A program made the translations under genes and the position numbers. Positions 1 through 12,384 of a stretch of 64,000 nt of DNA are shown in pieces. Below the pieces are notes generated by a model. The model did not search any database. It saw only the letters and a list, made by a program, of their open reading frames with translations, and was not told the DNA's origin. The DNA is from Perkinsus chesapeaki ATCC PRA-425. Lineage: Eukaryota; Protista; Perkinsozoa. The stretch is from assembly GCA_013115145.1 (NCBI GenBank), contig JAAPAO010000008.1, positions 1 to 64,000 of the forward strand. The letters are read 5' to 3'. Each line of letters begins with the position of its first letter. Positions within the stretch are counted from its first letter, which is position 1.

Positions 1-976
1 GGAGCCAACAACTCTAGCAATCAGCCGATTCCTACTATATTCAGGAGAGCTAGGGATGAACCAGGTAATACGGGTAGAGGAGGAAGGGAGGAGTAGCGTT
101 GTATTGGGGGCAGGTCATTTGACTTTGAAGTTCCGTGAGAAGTCCGAGGCGGTATCGAATAAGGAGGCTTTACGACGAGAGCTTGAGGAGAAGGAAAAGA
201 AGGCAAAGGGTGCCATAGGTGAGGGACCTGACGGTCTTGTCCACAATCTTTTGCTCCACATAGGCTTTAGCACGTGCAGTTTAATAAGCACGTGACGTGT
301 CTTGTTCACTATGGTTGTATTCTATTTCAGAGGCACCGGCCGACTCCGCCTTCCCTGAGGATTGTGATGAGGATCCTGATGTTGGTGGAGGAGATTCAGA
401 TGCCGAGTCGGATAGAGGTCGGCAGGGAAGGGCGATTCTCGTTCGCGGGATATTGTGATTTCTTGTGAATCTTCCGTTCGAACTGTTCGCAATGTGGATG
501 ATATCTGATACCGCTCCTTGGTAGGGTCATCCGGGAGTGATGATGAGGACGAGGAGGAGGAGGCTGAGTTAATGAGAGAGCTCGCTAAGATTCGCGCCGA
601 GAGGTCAGTTGGGGCCATCTGGGTTAGAGGAGTCGAAATTAATCAGGGCTGCTGAGGAGGCGAAGGCTAAGGCAGTTGAACAGGCAAAAGAGGAAGAGGA
701 AGAAAGACAACAGATCGCCGTGGGAAACCCGCTTCTAGAAGGTGAGGCGTACAATTCTGATGGCCGCTATCGATGTGGGCCAGGCGGGGGTAATATGCAA
801 TTGAAGCGAAGATGGGACGATGACACTGTGTTTAAGAATCAATCGAGAAATCAGCCCAAGGAGAAGAAAAGGTGATATCTCTACTGGTGTGGAGAGGAGG
901 GATTGTTAGCAGGTTCATTAACGACGCCGTCGGCAGCGACTTCCACAGAAAGTTCTTGGACCGCTATATTCTCTAG
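1..976 (+). CDS. CWC15: Spliceosome-associated protein CWC15 (5' end outside window; multi-exon)
   Basis: Spliced translation gives RARDEP-GHLTLKFR, an acidic middle, ELMRELAKIRAE, GNPLL, KRRWDDDTVFKNQ and the terminal FINDAVGSDFHRKFLDRYIL* (stop 974-976). These are the Cwc15 hallmark motifs. Confidence 0.92.
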
Positions 977-2223
977 AGTTGATTCAGCCTTACCCCCTGT
1001 CACATTATTATTATTGCTCTCCTGCCGCATTGGAATGCGTTGAATTAAGTTTATGGGGGGCGCTTAGTCTCAGTGACTTGGGGTAATGAATCTTCGACGA
1101 AGGGATGATTCCTCGATTGAAAGGTGCAAGTGTGAATCGACGCCTGCTATTTTCCTGCAGGAGGCGGACAAGACATGTCGGCGAGAGCTGCTGCCAAGTC
1201 GGCTAGTTAAAGGGAAATGTTGTGATGACGATCAGCCGGCAGCAAGTCGGTGGGGCGCGTCGTGTTCAGCGTCTGCGGTCGGTCGGTTTAAAAGGCTTAT
1301 TGCCAGTTGTATACATCGGTTACGGTCAAATAGGCTGCAGTGGTCGAGGGCGGCGCTTTTTAATGTAGAGTAACAACAGTTCTCTCGAGGCTACTGCTGT
1401 CAGATTTTGTACCTCCTTACTGCCGAACGTAACCTTTTCCACTCATCACTGGTGTTGAGTTTCATGGCGAGGCGGAAAGGAAAGATTTCTGCAGTCATGG
1501 TCGCTACTAGGGCAGCTCTCCTGGGTGACTCCGAGACCAGGAGGCCTGCTGAGAAGTACCAAATTGTGTGGTGTGATACCGCAGGGCAGCAACGCCCTGC
1601 CGGTGATGAGGTGAAGTTGCTTGAGGCCAGCTTTAGTGGAACCATTGCCTTTCGGTCAGGACCGAGTTGGCTTATGCAAGCCTAGCAGGAAGTCTCGATG
1701 GTCGAGGTTTGTAGGGGGGATTTTCCGATGTGGATGCGATAAGAGCGAAAGGCTCATGATCGAGGACGACACAAGACAGCCCCTGTGCCTAGAGCCCCCC
1801 AAGAGCAACAGTTCGACCCTTGCCTTAGCAGTGAAGTAGAGTAGGGGTGGCAGCAGTCGGGGAGCCTGGCTATCTCTGGTATACTATCCATGATTTCCAG
1901 TGTGTTCACAAGTCTCATCATCCATCTGCCATGTCTTTGGTTTCAGTGCCTACCGTCTTAAACGTTGCTTACCTGCTAAGCCCGAAGAGAAAACCTTCTT
2001 GAGTAATCGTAGATACCCAAGTCGACTGGAAATTGGAATCGACTTTTCGTTTGTTGGGAAACGTATTCACATGTCGTTACTCGAACACTGAGTGGGCATG
2101 TCCTCTAGGAAATTCTGTCTCCTTTTTTGTGTGCTGCGTTGTGACAGTGAAGTACCACCTTGCATTGCAGTCCTCCAGGGTTGTGGGTTTTACTCTTTCG
2201 TCATTCCATCTCATCGTGCAGAT

Positions 2224-5200
2224 ATGATGTTGCCGTCTGTGGTGAGCAGGAGCAGGGAGGAGTCCCCTACTCTCGGGGATTCATCGGCATCTGAAGGCAC
2301 GTTGCAGCATAGACGCGGCGGCTCTCACGGTACGCCAGCCTCGCCGATCCTCATACCGACTTTTCGTCAGATCATTCGCTTTATATGCCTCTATCGATAG
2401 GAGGATCCAAAGGTTTAACGCATAAGCTCACACTGGGTGTGTGCTGTATGCGGACGAAGGCTACCAGTAACCCTATGCAGTCCTTGCTGAGAAGGCTGGA
2501 TGCTAGTGGTGAGCAGAGGAGGAGAAGGGACTTGGACCACCGTTAAGATAGCCTTTTCCGAGAGCAATAGCTCTATATGATCTACTATATATTGGTCCAG
2601 AATCGACTTGCTGTTGCTGCTGCTGAATACGGAACTGGCCTACTTTTCCATCATTTCGAGTACTTCCCGCATTATATAGTTAAAGGTACAGGAATAGTAT
2701 AGGGCATCTTTGACCCAGTAATCTTGGCTGACTTTTCAAGGCGCTCTATAGGAAATGAACCACGATAGCACACAGGCAAGTCCAAGACACGATGAGGAAA
2801 AGTCGGCTAAACTTGTGCGAAGGGGTTTATGCCGTGAACGGGCTGCCATGGAACACGCCAGCTTCGAAGACGTATATTCTATATTATTGTATAAATCATG
2901 CTCACTTCACAAATAAGATACTTAACCGAACGATTGGAGGACTCCCGATTGTTCTCGCCTGGGATCGGTCTTTGTTTCATGGAGTTGTCGAGTGTTGTCG
3001 TCGACAGGTGCCTTCGATATTATTATTTTTGATGAGAAGATGATTCTGGAGCAGGACGTATCCGAGTGGCCAATTGTGCAGTGCTACGTATCCTTCCACT
3101 CAAAAGGCTTCCCCCTCTACAAGAGCCTAGAGTACGTGAAGCTGCGGCATCCTGTAGAGATTAATAAGGTGAGCCAACTCTCCGGGCAAGCTATGATCGT
3201 TGGTGAGGGTAGGTAGAGGACCAGCTCAAGTTGCGGAACAGGCTGACCGTGTACGAGACACTGAAATCGCACGACATACCTTGCCCGGACTTCATGGCCA
3301 TCGACCATCTCGACTATGGCGACCATCAGGTAGGCGTGTGCGAAGGAACTTGTTGGTGGATGTGTTGTGGTGTAGTTTGTGGAGGCCGATGATTATATTA
3401 TATATGACGGAAGGAAGTTGAAGAAGCCTTTCGTTGAGAAGCCCTTGGACGGCGATGACCATAACATCTGGATTTATTACCCAACCAATGTGGGTGGTGG
3501 ATGCAAGAAGCTGTTTAGGAAGGTGAAGTCGAGTGGACTTGGTGAGCGTGGAGCGGTTAATGGCAGATTGGCGATAAGTCTTCGGAGTTCGATTCGAAAC
3601 AATCCCGCATTCGGAAGGACAAGAAGTACATTTACGAGCCATTCTTGCCGACTGGGGGAATGGATGTTAAAGTGTATATGGTAGGGGAAATGTACAGTCA
3701 TGCCGAGGCTAGAAAGTAGCATGTTTTCATACCGAATTTCCCGCAACTTTGATGTAGGGCACCCACCGTTGACGGTAAAGTAATGCGTAATAAGAACGGC
3801 AAGGAGATACGTTATCCTATAACCCTAAGCGAAGTGGAGAAGGCCTGTGGCGCGCTGATCGTCCAGGCTTTTGGGCAGTTCGTCACCGGCTTCGACGTCT
3901 TGCGTAAGTTACCCTCCAATGTTCGTTTCCTTATAGTCCCTGGTATAGGTACCACCGGACGCTCGATAGTGTGCGACGTTAACGGTTGGTCATTTGTTAA
4001 GGGGAATCAGCGATACTATGACGATTGCGCTATACTGGTCCAGAAGTTCTTCCTTGATCGCTTTCATATTACTTTTACTATGCCAATTCCGGCTTTGAAA
4101 AATGTAAGCACCGGGGATCGAACCTGTGCAGGAGTCTGCCGCACTGGTCTCTCCCGCTAGGAGTGCAGCGGTGTTCCGCAGTGGTTGCTTTGAGTATCCT
4201 CGTTTACCTTTGCAGGAGGAGAGGATGCTGGAGCCTATCAACCGGACAACACCAGAAGTTGATGAAGCCGATGAGGAGAACTTTCAGCACGACAAGCTCC
4301 GCGCGGTAATCTGGCCATCATCCAGAATGATTCTCTCTGTATCGTGGTAACGCTTCAATCTCATCTGATGATATAAAAGAGGACCACGCCAACTCTCTTT
4401 TCATCGTATCTACTCACAATCCGGCACGAACCTTGAAATACAGTAAGTTCATTATTATTCCTACTGAGCCTCCTCAGGTAATGATTATTATGAGGCATGG
4501 CGATCGCAAGCCGAAAGAGAAGCTTAAGTTTAAGTCCTCACATAAGTACTTTTTAGACTATGTCAACGGGTAAGGCCGCCACGGCATGCATCCTTCCACA
4601 GTACGCTTTGATCAGGCCAAGTCGAACTGATGATGACGACGATGACGATGGCGATGATTCCGACGTGGGTTTGTCTGGGCGCTCTCCGATAGACCCTCAC
4701 CGGGAGGTAGGCTGAATTAGGGAAAGTGGAGGGCAGCAGTGAGAGAGTCATTGACCAGGTTTTAATCAAGAGCCCGGAGGAAATGGAGAAGTTGTTGGCG
4801 AAGGTGAAGGCAGCACTGAAGGAGCCAGACCTTTGTGAGAAGGACAGGAAGAATATAGACACGTTGAAGATGGTCCTGGACCTACATGAACACTTCACCG
4901 GGTTGAATAGAAAGATACAATTCAAACCAACCAAGTGGAGGGTAAATGATAGAGGCATAGAAGAATGTAAGTGGGAGTGGCGGCGGCGGCGGCTTTGCGG
5001 ACTCGTAGTGGTTCTGGGAAGGGTTCAAAGTGATAGGATACGACTTAATGGTACGTGATGGTGAAGATATATACACGCTGACAGGAATAGTACTGGAGAA
5101 AGGCCATGACAAGGATACAGTATTACAAGACTCATGTCACAAGGATGTTGCTGTTGTACAGGGTCTCCCGAAAAATGTACTTTTTTAATAACATTTTCAA

Positions 5201-8200
5201 AAGTGCGAGTATCTTGGCGGCACTCAAAAGCTCTTGAGAGTGTTTTTCCATTGCTAGTAGACCATGATGATACTCGACGGGGTTGGCGAGTAATTTAAAT
5301 TTTGAAATTCAAAAAGATCGGTTTCAACGGTTTTGCCTTGTAAAATTTGTTCTTCCATACCACCCTGACCTCTTTCACTGAGTCACCCTGTTAGTTATAT
5401 AATCATGTACTCTTTATCACCTCTACTATAACAAATTAAGATTGGAAAAGGAAAGAGCCGTAAAATTCTTTTTTACGGCCGCAGTAAAAGTACAAAAAGA
5501 ATAAACGTTGAACTCAAAAAAACGAGCGGTGAATCACGACGGTTTCTTCTCGCGTGTCTTGCTGATGAAACGGCTGAGAGTATTGTGACGAAAGTCATAA
5601 GAATCGATTTGCCTTAGCTGAAGGCCTCAAGTTCTCTGGTTGGTTTGAGCTTATACGTGAGGTATTCAATTCTTAGCGACTTTTCCACCTAATGCGGACG
5701 CACTGCATATCAATAATACTCCCGTTGGCATTCGCTATGTATTATTGCGGTCCATACTTTCTGCCATTGTTTAGGTGAAGAGGTTCAGGTTGTTGCTAAG
5801 TGGGGTGGTGAGCTGACATCATTGGGGAGGAATCAGGCGGAGCAGCTGGGAAGGAAGCTGCGCCAAGAGCTATTCCCGATAAATAGCGATGATTGTAAGT
5901 CGTTCGACTTGAAGGTCCCGGGTTCGAATCTCGGCCCGGGCATGTAAATTCGAGAATTTCCTCGAGGCCACCGTCGCATGTACCGAAACACCTCTTACAG
6001 GCACCTCCCTTCTGAGGCTTCACTCTACCTTCCGTCACGATTTCAAGATCTATTCGAGTCATGAGGGTCGATGCCAGACAACAGCTGCCGCCTTCACGAA
6101 GGGCTTCCTCGACCTTGAGGGTATCTTTATCACCGTGGGCTCGAGGCCTCTACCAGCAGGTCTGTGTCAGGTGATTTGCCTCCGATCTTAGTGTCCCTAG
6201 TGTGTGTTGATGGCTTTGCTAGGAAGCTGTTGGATAGGCCTATCCCCAAGGAGGATAGGAATAAGGTACGGTGTTGTGGAACTACTTACCGAACGAGACG
6301 GGCTTGTAGCCTTACGGTTTTCGCCCATTCGGCGCCTTGCGAGTTGTTCGAAATGTTGTTGTTGTCTGTAGGTTAAGAAGATGATCGACACCATCCTTCA
6401 CACGGACAGCTCTGAGCTGAAGCCAGGGGAGCTGTTGGAGTTAATGGCCCCGACCGATCATAAGGGTGAGCGGCTTCTGCGCGTTCCCGTTCCTGTATAG
6501 GCTTTTAGGCACTATGGAGGCAGCCAGGATGATAGGCAACCCTATTATAACAATGAGGAAGGTTGGCGACCTCTGTCTGTCGTTCCTGGAGCTCATTTCA
6601 TCCGAGATCACTCGCCTAGCTGAGAAGCACAAGTGCGGTGTTCTCCAGCCCTCCCCAGGGACGGATCATTTCTGTGTTAGGTTGGACTCTGCAACAGTCG
6701 ACTATTCCGAATACGATGACGGTTCCCCGATTAACGGGAGTTCCTCCCCAAACGCGCTGCCCGATGATCCCACCTCATCTCCGCGAGGGGAAGGTGGCGG
6801 CGGATCTCTTCCAGACACTCCGCAGTCTAACGAGAGCGAGTCATCGCCGATCAGAGGTAGGTATGCAGTGTTGGCATGGTCGTCGCACTGGCCGCCGTGT
6901 GGTGTCAGGTGGCGGCGGCGGTGCGCGTCGTCACCATCGGTCATGGCATCGAGAAACAGCCCCTCGTTCAGGTCGTCGAGGGTTCCTGTCATCGCTTGGT
7001 GAGAAGCTTCGAGACCGATGTGAGTCCCCTCTGCCTTCTGCTACTGCTGGCATTATGCGTCCCTCAGTTTCCTCAACGCCCTTCGCGGCTTTGGTCCGAA
7101 AAGACTACGCCATCGGTCCCGGTCCGAAACTGCCCCATGAGCTCCAGGACAGAGTGAAGCGCCGATATATCCAGCTGCAACGTATAGAGCATCGGTGGAA
7201 GAAGCTGGTCCAAGGTGGGTCACCGGCGCGCCTCTTTTTGTCGGAGTTTATGCCTCCACAGGCTTCTTGAGCCCACCTGAGGGTGAGTTTGATACCACCA
7301 AGGTCCCCGATCTGTGGGACTGTGTCTACTACGACTTGGTCCACCATCGAAATGATGTCCCTCCTGCGGTAGGGAGGAGTGCAGCTCGCCAGATTCAGAT
7401 GTGCGTGTTAGGCATTGAATGTTCTCGAGGAGATGTCGGCGTACTTGATACCGCTACAGAACTGGACGAGCCCCAGCGAGTTCGGCATCGACAAGGAGGA
7501 TAAAATACGGATAGGAGTTGAGACCAGTTGGTAGACACTTGCCGTCGCCTTCCTTAGGACTGTTGGTTGTCAGGCGACTTTTGCAGAAGCTTCTCAATGA
7601 TTCCGAGTTCATGCTCGACGAAATCACGGACTCTGGTCAGCCAAGGTCGAATGCCAACGGTAAGCCGCCGCCGCCGCTTTCGGCTTGCCTGTTACCGATT
7701 TTCGGTCAGCCCAAACTGTCGGCTTCGACGCGACCGGCACCCCTACGCTCCTTCCCGCATTGTCAATGGGCTCCACGCCTTCAAGGAGCTGCAACAAGAA
7801 CGTAGCCTGATAGGGTTAAAATAGCCTTGGACGGGAACGTGCCTCAGTCCCCGACCAACGCTGTCCGACAATGCATTGTTCATTCTCATCGAGTAAAGGA
7901 TAACGAGGAGGCATCGGCCGACAGCAGCATCACCACCAGTGAAAATAAGAAAGTCTCTGGCGGGGCCAGCACGTAGGGCTCAATCTCGAAGGTGATTGCC
8001 AACTTCTCCTCACAGACGGTCGATCAGTGATGAGCGCACCAAGAGCTACTCTCGGGAGGGATCCGTTGACAAGCTCAGTCGTGGGGTGAGGGATGGTCTG
8101 GACCAGCAGCTGGCGTGGATAGATCTGTGTTAGGCTGCTCCGGAGCTTCGGGCTCAGCTTCGACAGGCCATGAGAGATGGTAGCGATTGGCATCCTAAGC

Positions 8201-9195
8201 TCCACGAAACGGTTGCTCAGATCACTGGGATGAAGAGTAAGTGCCGCCTCTCTTGGTTATCGACATTCAACTCGTGTTATTGTTAGGTACCAGTAAATGC
8301 GTTCGCACTAGGATTTACGTCACCAGTGCCTCGACGATGCACAGTCTCCTTAACGTAGGTTGGGCTCGGGGCAGGCTACCTTGACCTTTGGAACGAGGGT
8401 TCTGCCTCAATTGTCAATTTTTCAAGTCGGGGGGAGATGCCGAAAATCTACTAGTTTATTCTGGAATGACCTAAGAAATCTTCCTCGCGCGAATTCGCAT
8501 ATATTCCAATCTCGGGTTCGAGGATTGATTCATGCAGGTGTTGCTCAATGGTGACGATGAACACATGAAGTCCCCGATTGACCCATCTACTATAAGGGAC
8601 ATCACCGACTTGCATTATCTCACTCATATTTCCCTCAGAGTAGGCTGCTGCTCTATTGTGTGCGCTGTCCCCATACTCTTCTCAGGTGTTCGAAGCTGAT
8701 GATTACGATGGTCCTTCGACCGCACATGACACAGAGCGAAGACATAGGACTGTAAGCACTCAAAGTAAGGATGTGGCTCATGGTGCAGGTTGGCCAGTAT
8801 GTGGCCTCAGGTAGCCGACAAGACCTGACTCGGTATCGTGTGGAGATTGGTCTCTCACCTGGTGTACAGGTGGTTGATCACAGTAGGTTTCCAGGTCGAT
8901 TCCCTGCGGTAAAATCTGTCATCATCCTTTTAGCGCCCACAGGGCTTCAGATCAACCACTATCCGCCGGGCAACAGAATCCGGGAATCCGAGCTTGAAGT
9001 GGCACCATTGAAGCCTGTGGTTAACGTGGGTACCCTTAAGAGCTACTACACGCTCGAAGAGCTCGATACCTACCTCACATCGGTAAGGCGAAGGTGAACT
9101 TACTTGGTGTGACAACACTCGGGCCACCGGGTGGAAATAGTTCCGGGGCTGTCTCGGCTGCTGACGTAGAGCCCCCCTCGTTCTCTTTCCCTTGA
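2224..9195 (+). CDS. VIP1: Bifunctional inositol pyrophosphate kinase/phosphatase PPIP5K/VIP1-like (many exons; 3' end uncertain, may extend to 9627)
   Basis: Motifs seen: [19 protein letters not shown]; [34 protein letters not shown]; [21 protein letters not shown]; MRHGDRKPK; VAKWGGELT; [32 protein letters not shown]; [16 protein letters not shown]; [11 protein letters not shown]. Confidence 0.93.
5157..5393. mobile_element. Possible degenerate MITE-like insert in the expanded ~808-nt PPIP5K intron (4967-5774)
   Basis: AT-rich segment bounded by TA|CAGGGT...ACCCTG|TTA, reminiscent of Tc1/mariner termini. Only 6 bp of terminal inversion are visible. Confidence 0.25.
5913..5942 (+). other. 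Orphan tRNA 3'-half-like sequence (intronic)
   Basis: AGGTC-CCGGG-TTCGAAT-CTCGG-CCCGGGC-A reads as variable loop, 5-bp T stem, T loop, 3' acceptor strand and discriminator. No D or anticodon arm upstream. Confidence 0.55.
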
Positions 9196-9998
9196 TGGGA
9201 ACTCATTTCCTTTCGCAACACGCATCAAATAGAAAATGTGATAACATGAAGTGGCACCGTTCTTTCCCGTCATCCGACGTCCTGGATTACTTTACCTTGA
9301 TCAGCCTGGCTCCCGCTACTAAGAGGAATCTCTGTTGTAGGTGTTGTGTCGATCGGACAATCCCTGTGGGGGTGGACATCCGACGGGGCACGGGCGCCAT
9401 GGGTTCCCAGTGAGTGCTGCTTACAATTTCCCATCTTATCTCTGCCGCTTCCCTGGCACCATCTGCTCATCCATCAGGTCCTTGCCCGCTTCCATCATTG
9501 CGTTGACTCTGACACCGAGCCTGATACCGATTATCATCCCCATGAGGGTGAAGAGGAGGAGGAGGGCACTATGTCCCCACTGGCTTTAGCATCCACTACT
9601 TCATCACAGTTGCCTCCACCATCTTAGTGTATTCATAGTGTCTCAACATCATCACCCCCGTCAGACTTGTGTTGAGCACCGTAGTCGTCCGATAGCTGTC
9701 CCCCACGATTGATACATACCTACTATGGATCATAGAAGTGTATAAAAGGGTACAATGCAAAGGACCATCAATAAATGATCGACAATACCAAAGCACTCAA
9801 ACTCCCTAACTCTCTGGACCAGGCGGACCAGTCCAATTTCCGGGCGCGCGCCAACCTAAATGATCGCATGAAAATTGCAAGAACGCATCTTGACGCATTC
9901 GCACTGACCTGTTGTTGTCGACCGTCGGCTCTTTCAGCCCTTATCTCTTTTACATCATTTTATCTCCCCTGTGGAGGCATGGCCCAAGTGGTCTAAAC

Positions 9999-12199
9999 AT
10001 GGCTTTAATACGCTTCACGCTACTCCTCAGTGCGACCATGGTACCTGAAGTAACCTGTTGGGAATCTTTAGGAATCTTTTAGGGAGCTGCGGAAGGTCGA
10101 GTTCACGCTGGTCATGGTCCCATCCATGTTGTCCCACTCACCCCGACGACCGCTGGGGGGTTGATAGACATCGAGACGGGGGCCGGGAATCTACGTGGGA
10201 TAGGGAGCGTCAGAGCTCACCACGTTGCATCCTTCTTTGAGTACCACACTCTCGTCACCAAGAACCAAATAGGTGTGTTCGGCTAGCAGGTGGCTTTGTT
10301 ATTAATGCTGGTTCAGAGCGTCTTAGAGATCACCATAGAGACCTGTTTGCCCAGTACTACGACTTCGATGGGGTATCAGATCTAGAGGAAGGTATAGGGC
10401 TCGAAGGGGGTAGAATCAAAAGGCATATGCATGGTAGAGCCTACCAAGTCAGCCCTAATGGTACTAATCATACGGCAATACCGATACCAACAGCATGTGG
10501 CCCCTCAGGAGTGATACCTCTGACCAATCTACGTGATTCGCAATATGTCGGACCCATCGGAGTGGGTACCGTTGAGGATGGGTCCAAGCCTCAGGCCATG
10601 GTTAACGTTGTATTCGACACTGGTAGTGTGAATACCTTACCCTGTGCCGTACTGAGCACCACCTTAGGCTCTACCAACCTTTGGGTGCAGTCGGCATTGT
10701 GCACTAGTGAGCCTTGTAGGAATAGGCATAAGTTCAATATGCTGGAGAGTATGTCATTCCTCAACACCACAGTGTAAGCTAGCTTAGCGCAACACGGTTA
10801 CTGTTCCTACCAGGCCGAATCATCTCGATATCCAGTTCGGAACAGGGGAGCTTCGTGGGCCGGAGGGCGTCGACACGCTATCGGTTGGGCCCTATCAGGT
10901 AAGGAGGGCCTCGGTGTTGTTGAAGTTGTTAAGAGGTTGGTCGGTAGGTGAGAGATCAAACCTTTGCGATGATAGAAGAGGAGCTTGGGAAGATTTTCTA
11001 TGAAATACCATTCGAGGGTATCCTCGGACTGGCGTTCCCATCAATGGCAGCAGGTAGGCAGCAGCAGCAGCACCACCGCGCCTGGGTGATCAGCGGTGAT
11101 GTCGTCCCTCCTCTCAGACGGGCATGTGCCGTTCTTTGACAACGTAATGAAGCAAAACGTTCTGGGCGGGCAGAACGAGTTCAGCTTTTATTTCGAACCG
11201 ATGCCGTCAACGCGTTCAGCGATTCTGTTTGGCGGTGTGGATTCCAGGTAGGGTCCAGAGGTTGCCCACGAGGCTGGTCCATCTGGTCCATTGTAGATTC
11301 TACAAGGGAGATATTAAGATGTTTCAAGTTACCCAGGAGCACTACTGGTCTGTTGACCTCGACGATTTCCTTATAGGTGGGTGATTCGGTCGCCACTGGG
11401 AAGGGGGATCTTGTGCTAGGCAACGCGTCTTACGGCGTATTGTCGTCGGGGAGACAGAGCTTCTTCGAGGACTTTATGAACGAAGTGGATACCGGGCCCT
11501 CGGGGTAAGATATGGCTAAGGCTTTTATGAAGTGGGCCGGCGATCTTTGTGGTCAGTTTTCATACCGAGTTGCATGAAGGTGACCAAGGCCAGCGTGTAA
11601 GGAAGCTCATCATCGATACTGGGACAACCTATTTTACAGCACCACCCGGCCTGGCGGAAAAGTACATCCATCATTGGTCTCAGCGGTATTCGTGTTCATT
11701 TCAGGATATTGCGTAGACTTCCTGGTGGTCAATGTGAACATATTGGTAAAGACAAAGAGGCATATCCAGACCTACACTACATGCTCCGAGATGAGGACGG
11801 TCAACCGTTTGATCTGGTGAGATAACCTTGTTTATTGTCATCGTGTATACTGTGGTTGTTGTTCTCTTAGGCTATACCATCATCAGTGTACATGGTGGGG
11901 ACCGGAGATGGCTACTGCGAGCCTGCATTCATGGCCATTCCAGTGCCGGATGAGTAGCACGTATCTGCTAGTTGCCCCTCTAAACCATCCTCTTCAGATA
12001 TGGCCCAGCATTCCTCTTTGGTGAGGTTTTCATGAGGCATTGGTTTACCACATTCGACCGTGGTGACGGCAGTCCAGGAGCAGCATTCGTAGGATTCGCA
12101 GAGGCGCGTCATGATGCTAGTAGGGACATTACCTTGTTATTGCTATTAGTGGCCTTCTCAGATCCGTTCTCATTCTCTGGGGAATACACCCCCGAATGA
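9999..12199 (+). CDS. Pepsin-family (A1) aspartic protease, plasmepsin IX/X / Toxoplasma ASP3-like (multi-exon; start approximate)
   Basis: Motifs seen: PLTNLRDSQYVGPIGVG; VVFDTG|STNLWV; IQFGTGELRG; IPFEGILGLAFPSM; FFDNVMKQ; ILFGGVDSRFYKGDI; QEHYWSVDL; LIIDTGTTYFTAP; FMRHWFTTFDRG. Hydrophobic N-terminus. Confidence 0.88.
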
Positions 12200-12384
12200 T
12201 ATGATGCCTTCAAGGTTGCTGCTGCTGTGTGATAGCATCACCATGCTTACCAAACTAATGATGTTAAGTCTTGACGGTTTTGCGTTATTAAGTTCTCCAG
12301 CACTTACAACACGATAACTCCTCGATCAACAACGGCACAAGTAAACATCTAATGCGGCATGGGAAATATCCATCGACTTCCTGT

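Noticed and set aside
1005-2200. Possible minus-strand gene between CWC15 and PPIP5K
   Set aside because: Short ORFs and some splice-like sites exist, but I could not build a consistent model or recognise a family. Left unannotated.
4360-5370. C/D snoRNA candidates in the longer PPIP5K introns (TGATGA...CTGA at ~4367-4467 and ~5263-5368)
   Set aside because: No terminal stems and no recognisable rRNA-complementary guide.
5895-6000. Circularly permuted tRNA gene (3' half followed by 5' half)
   Set aside because: No GCCCGGG-starting D-arm/anticodon half follows. The same is true for the other two halves.
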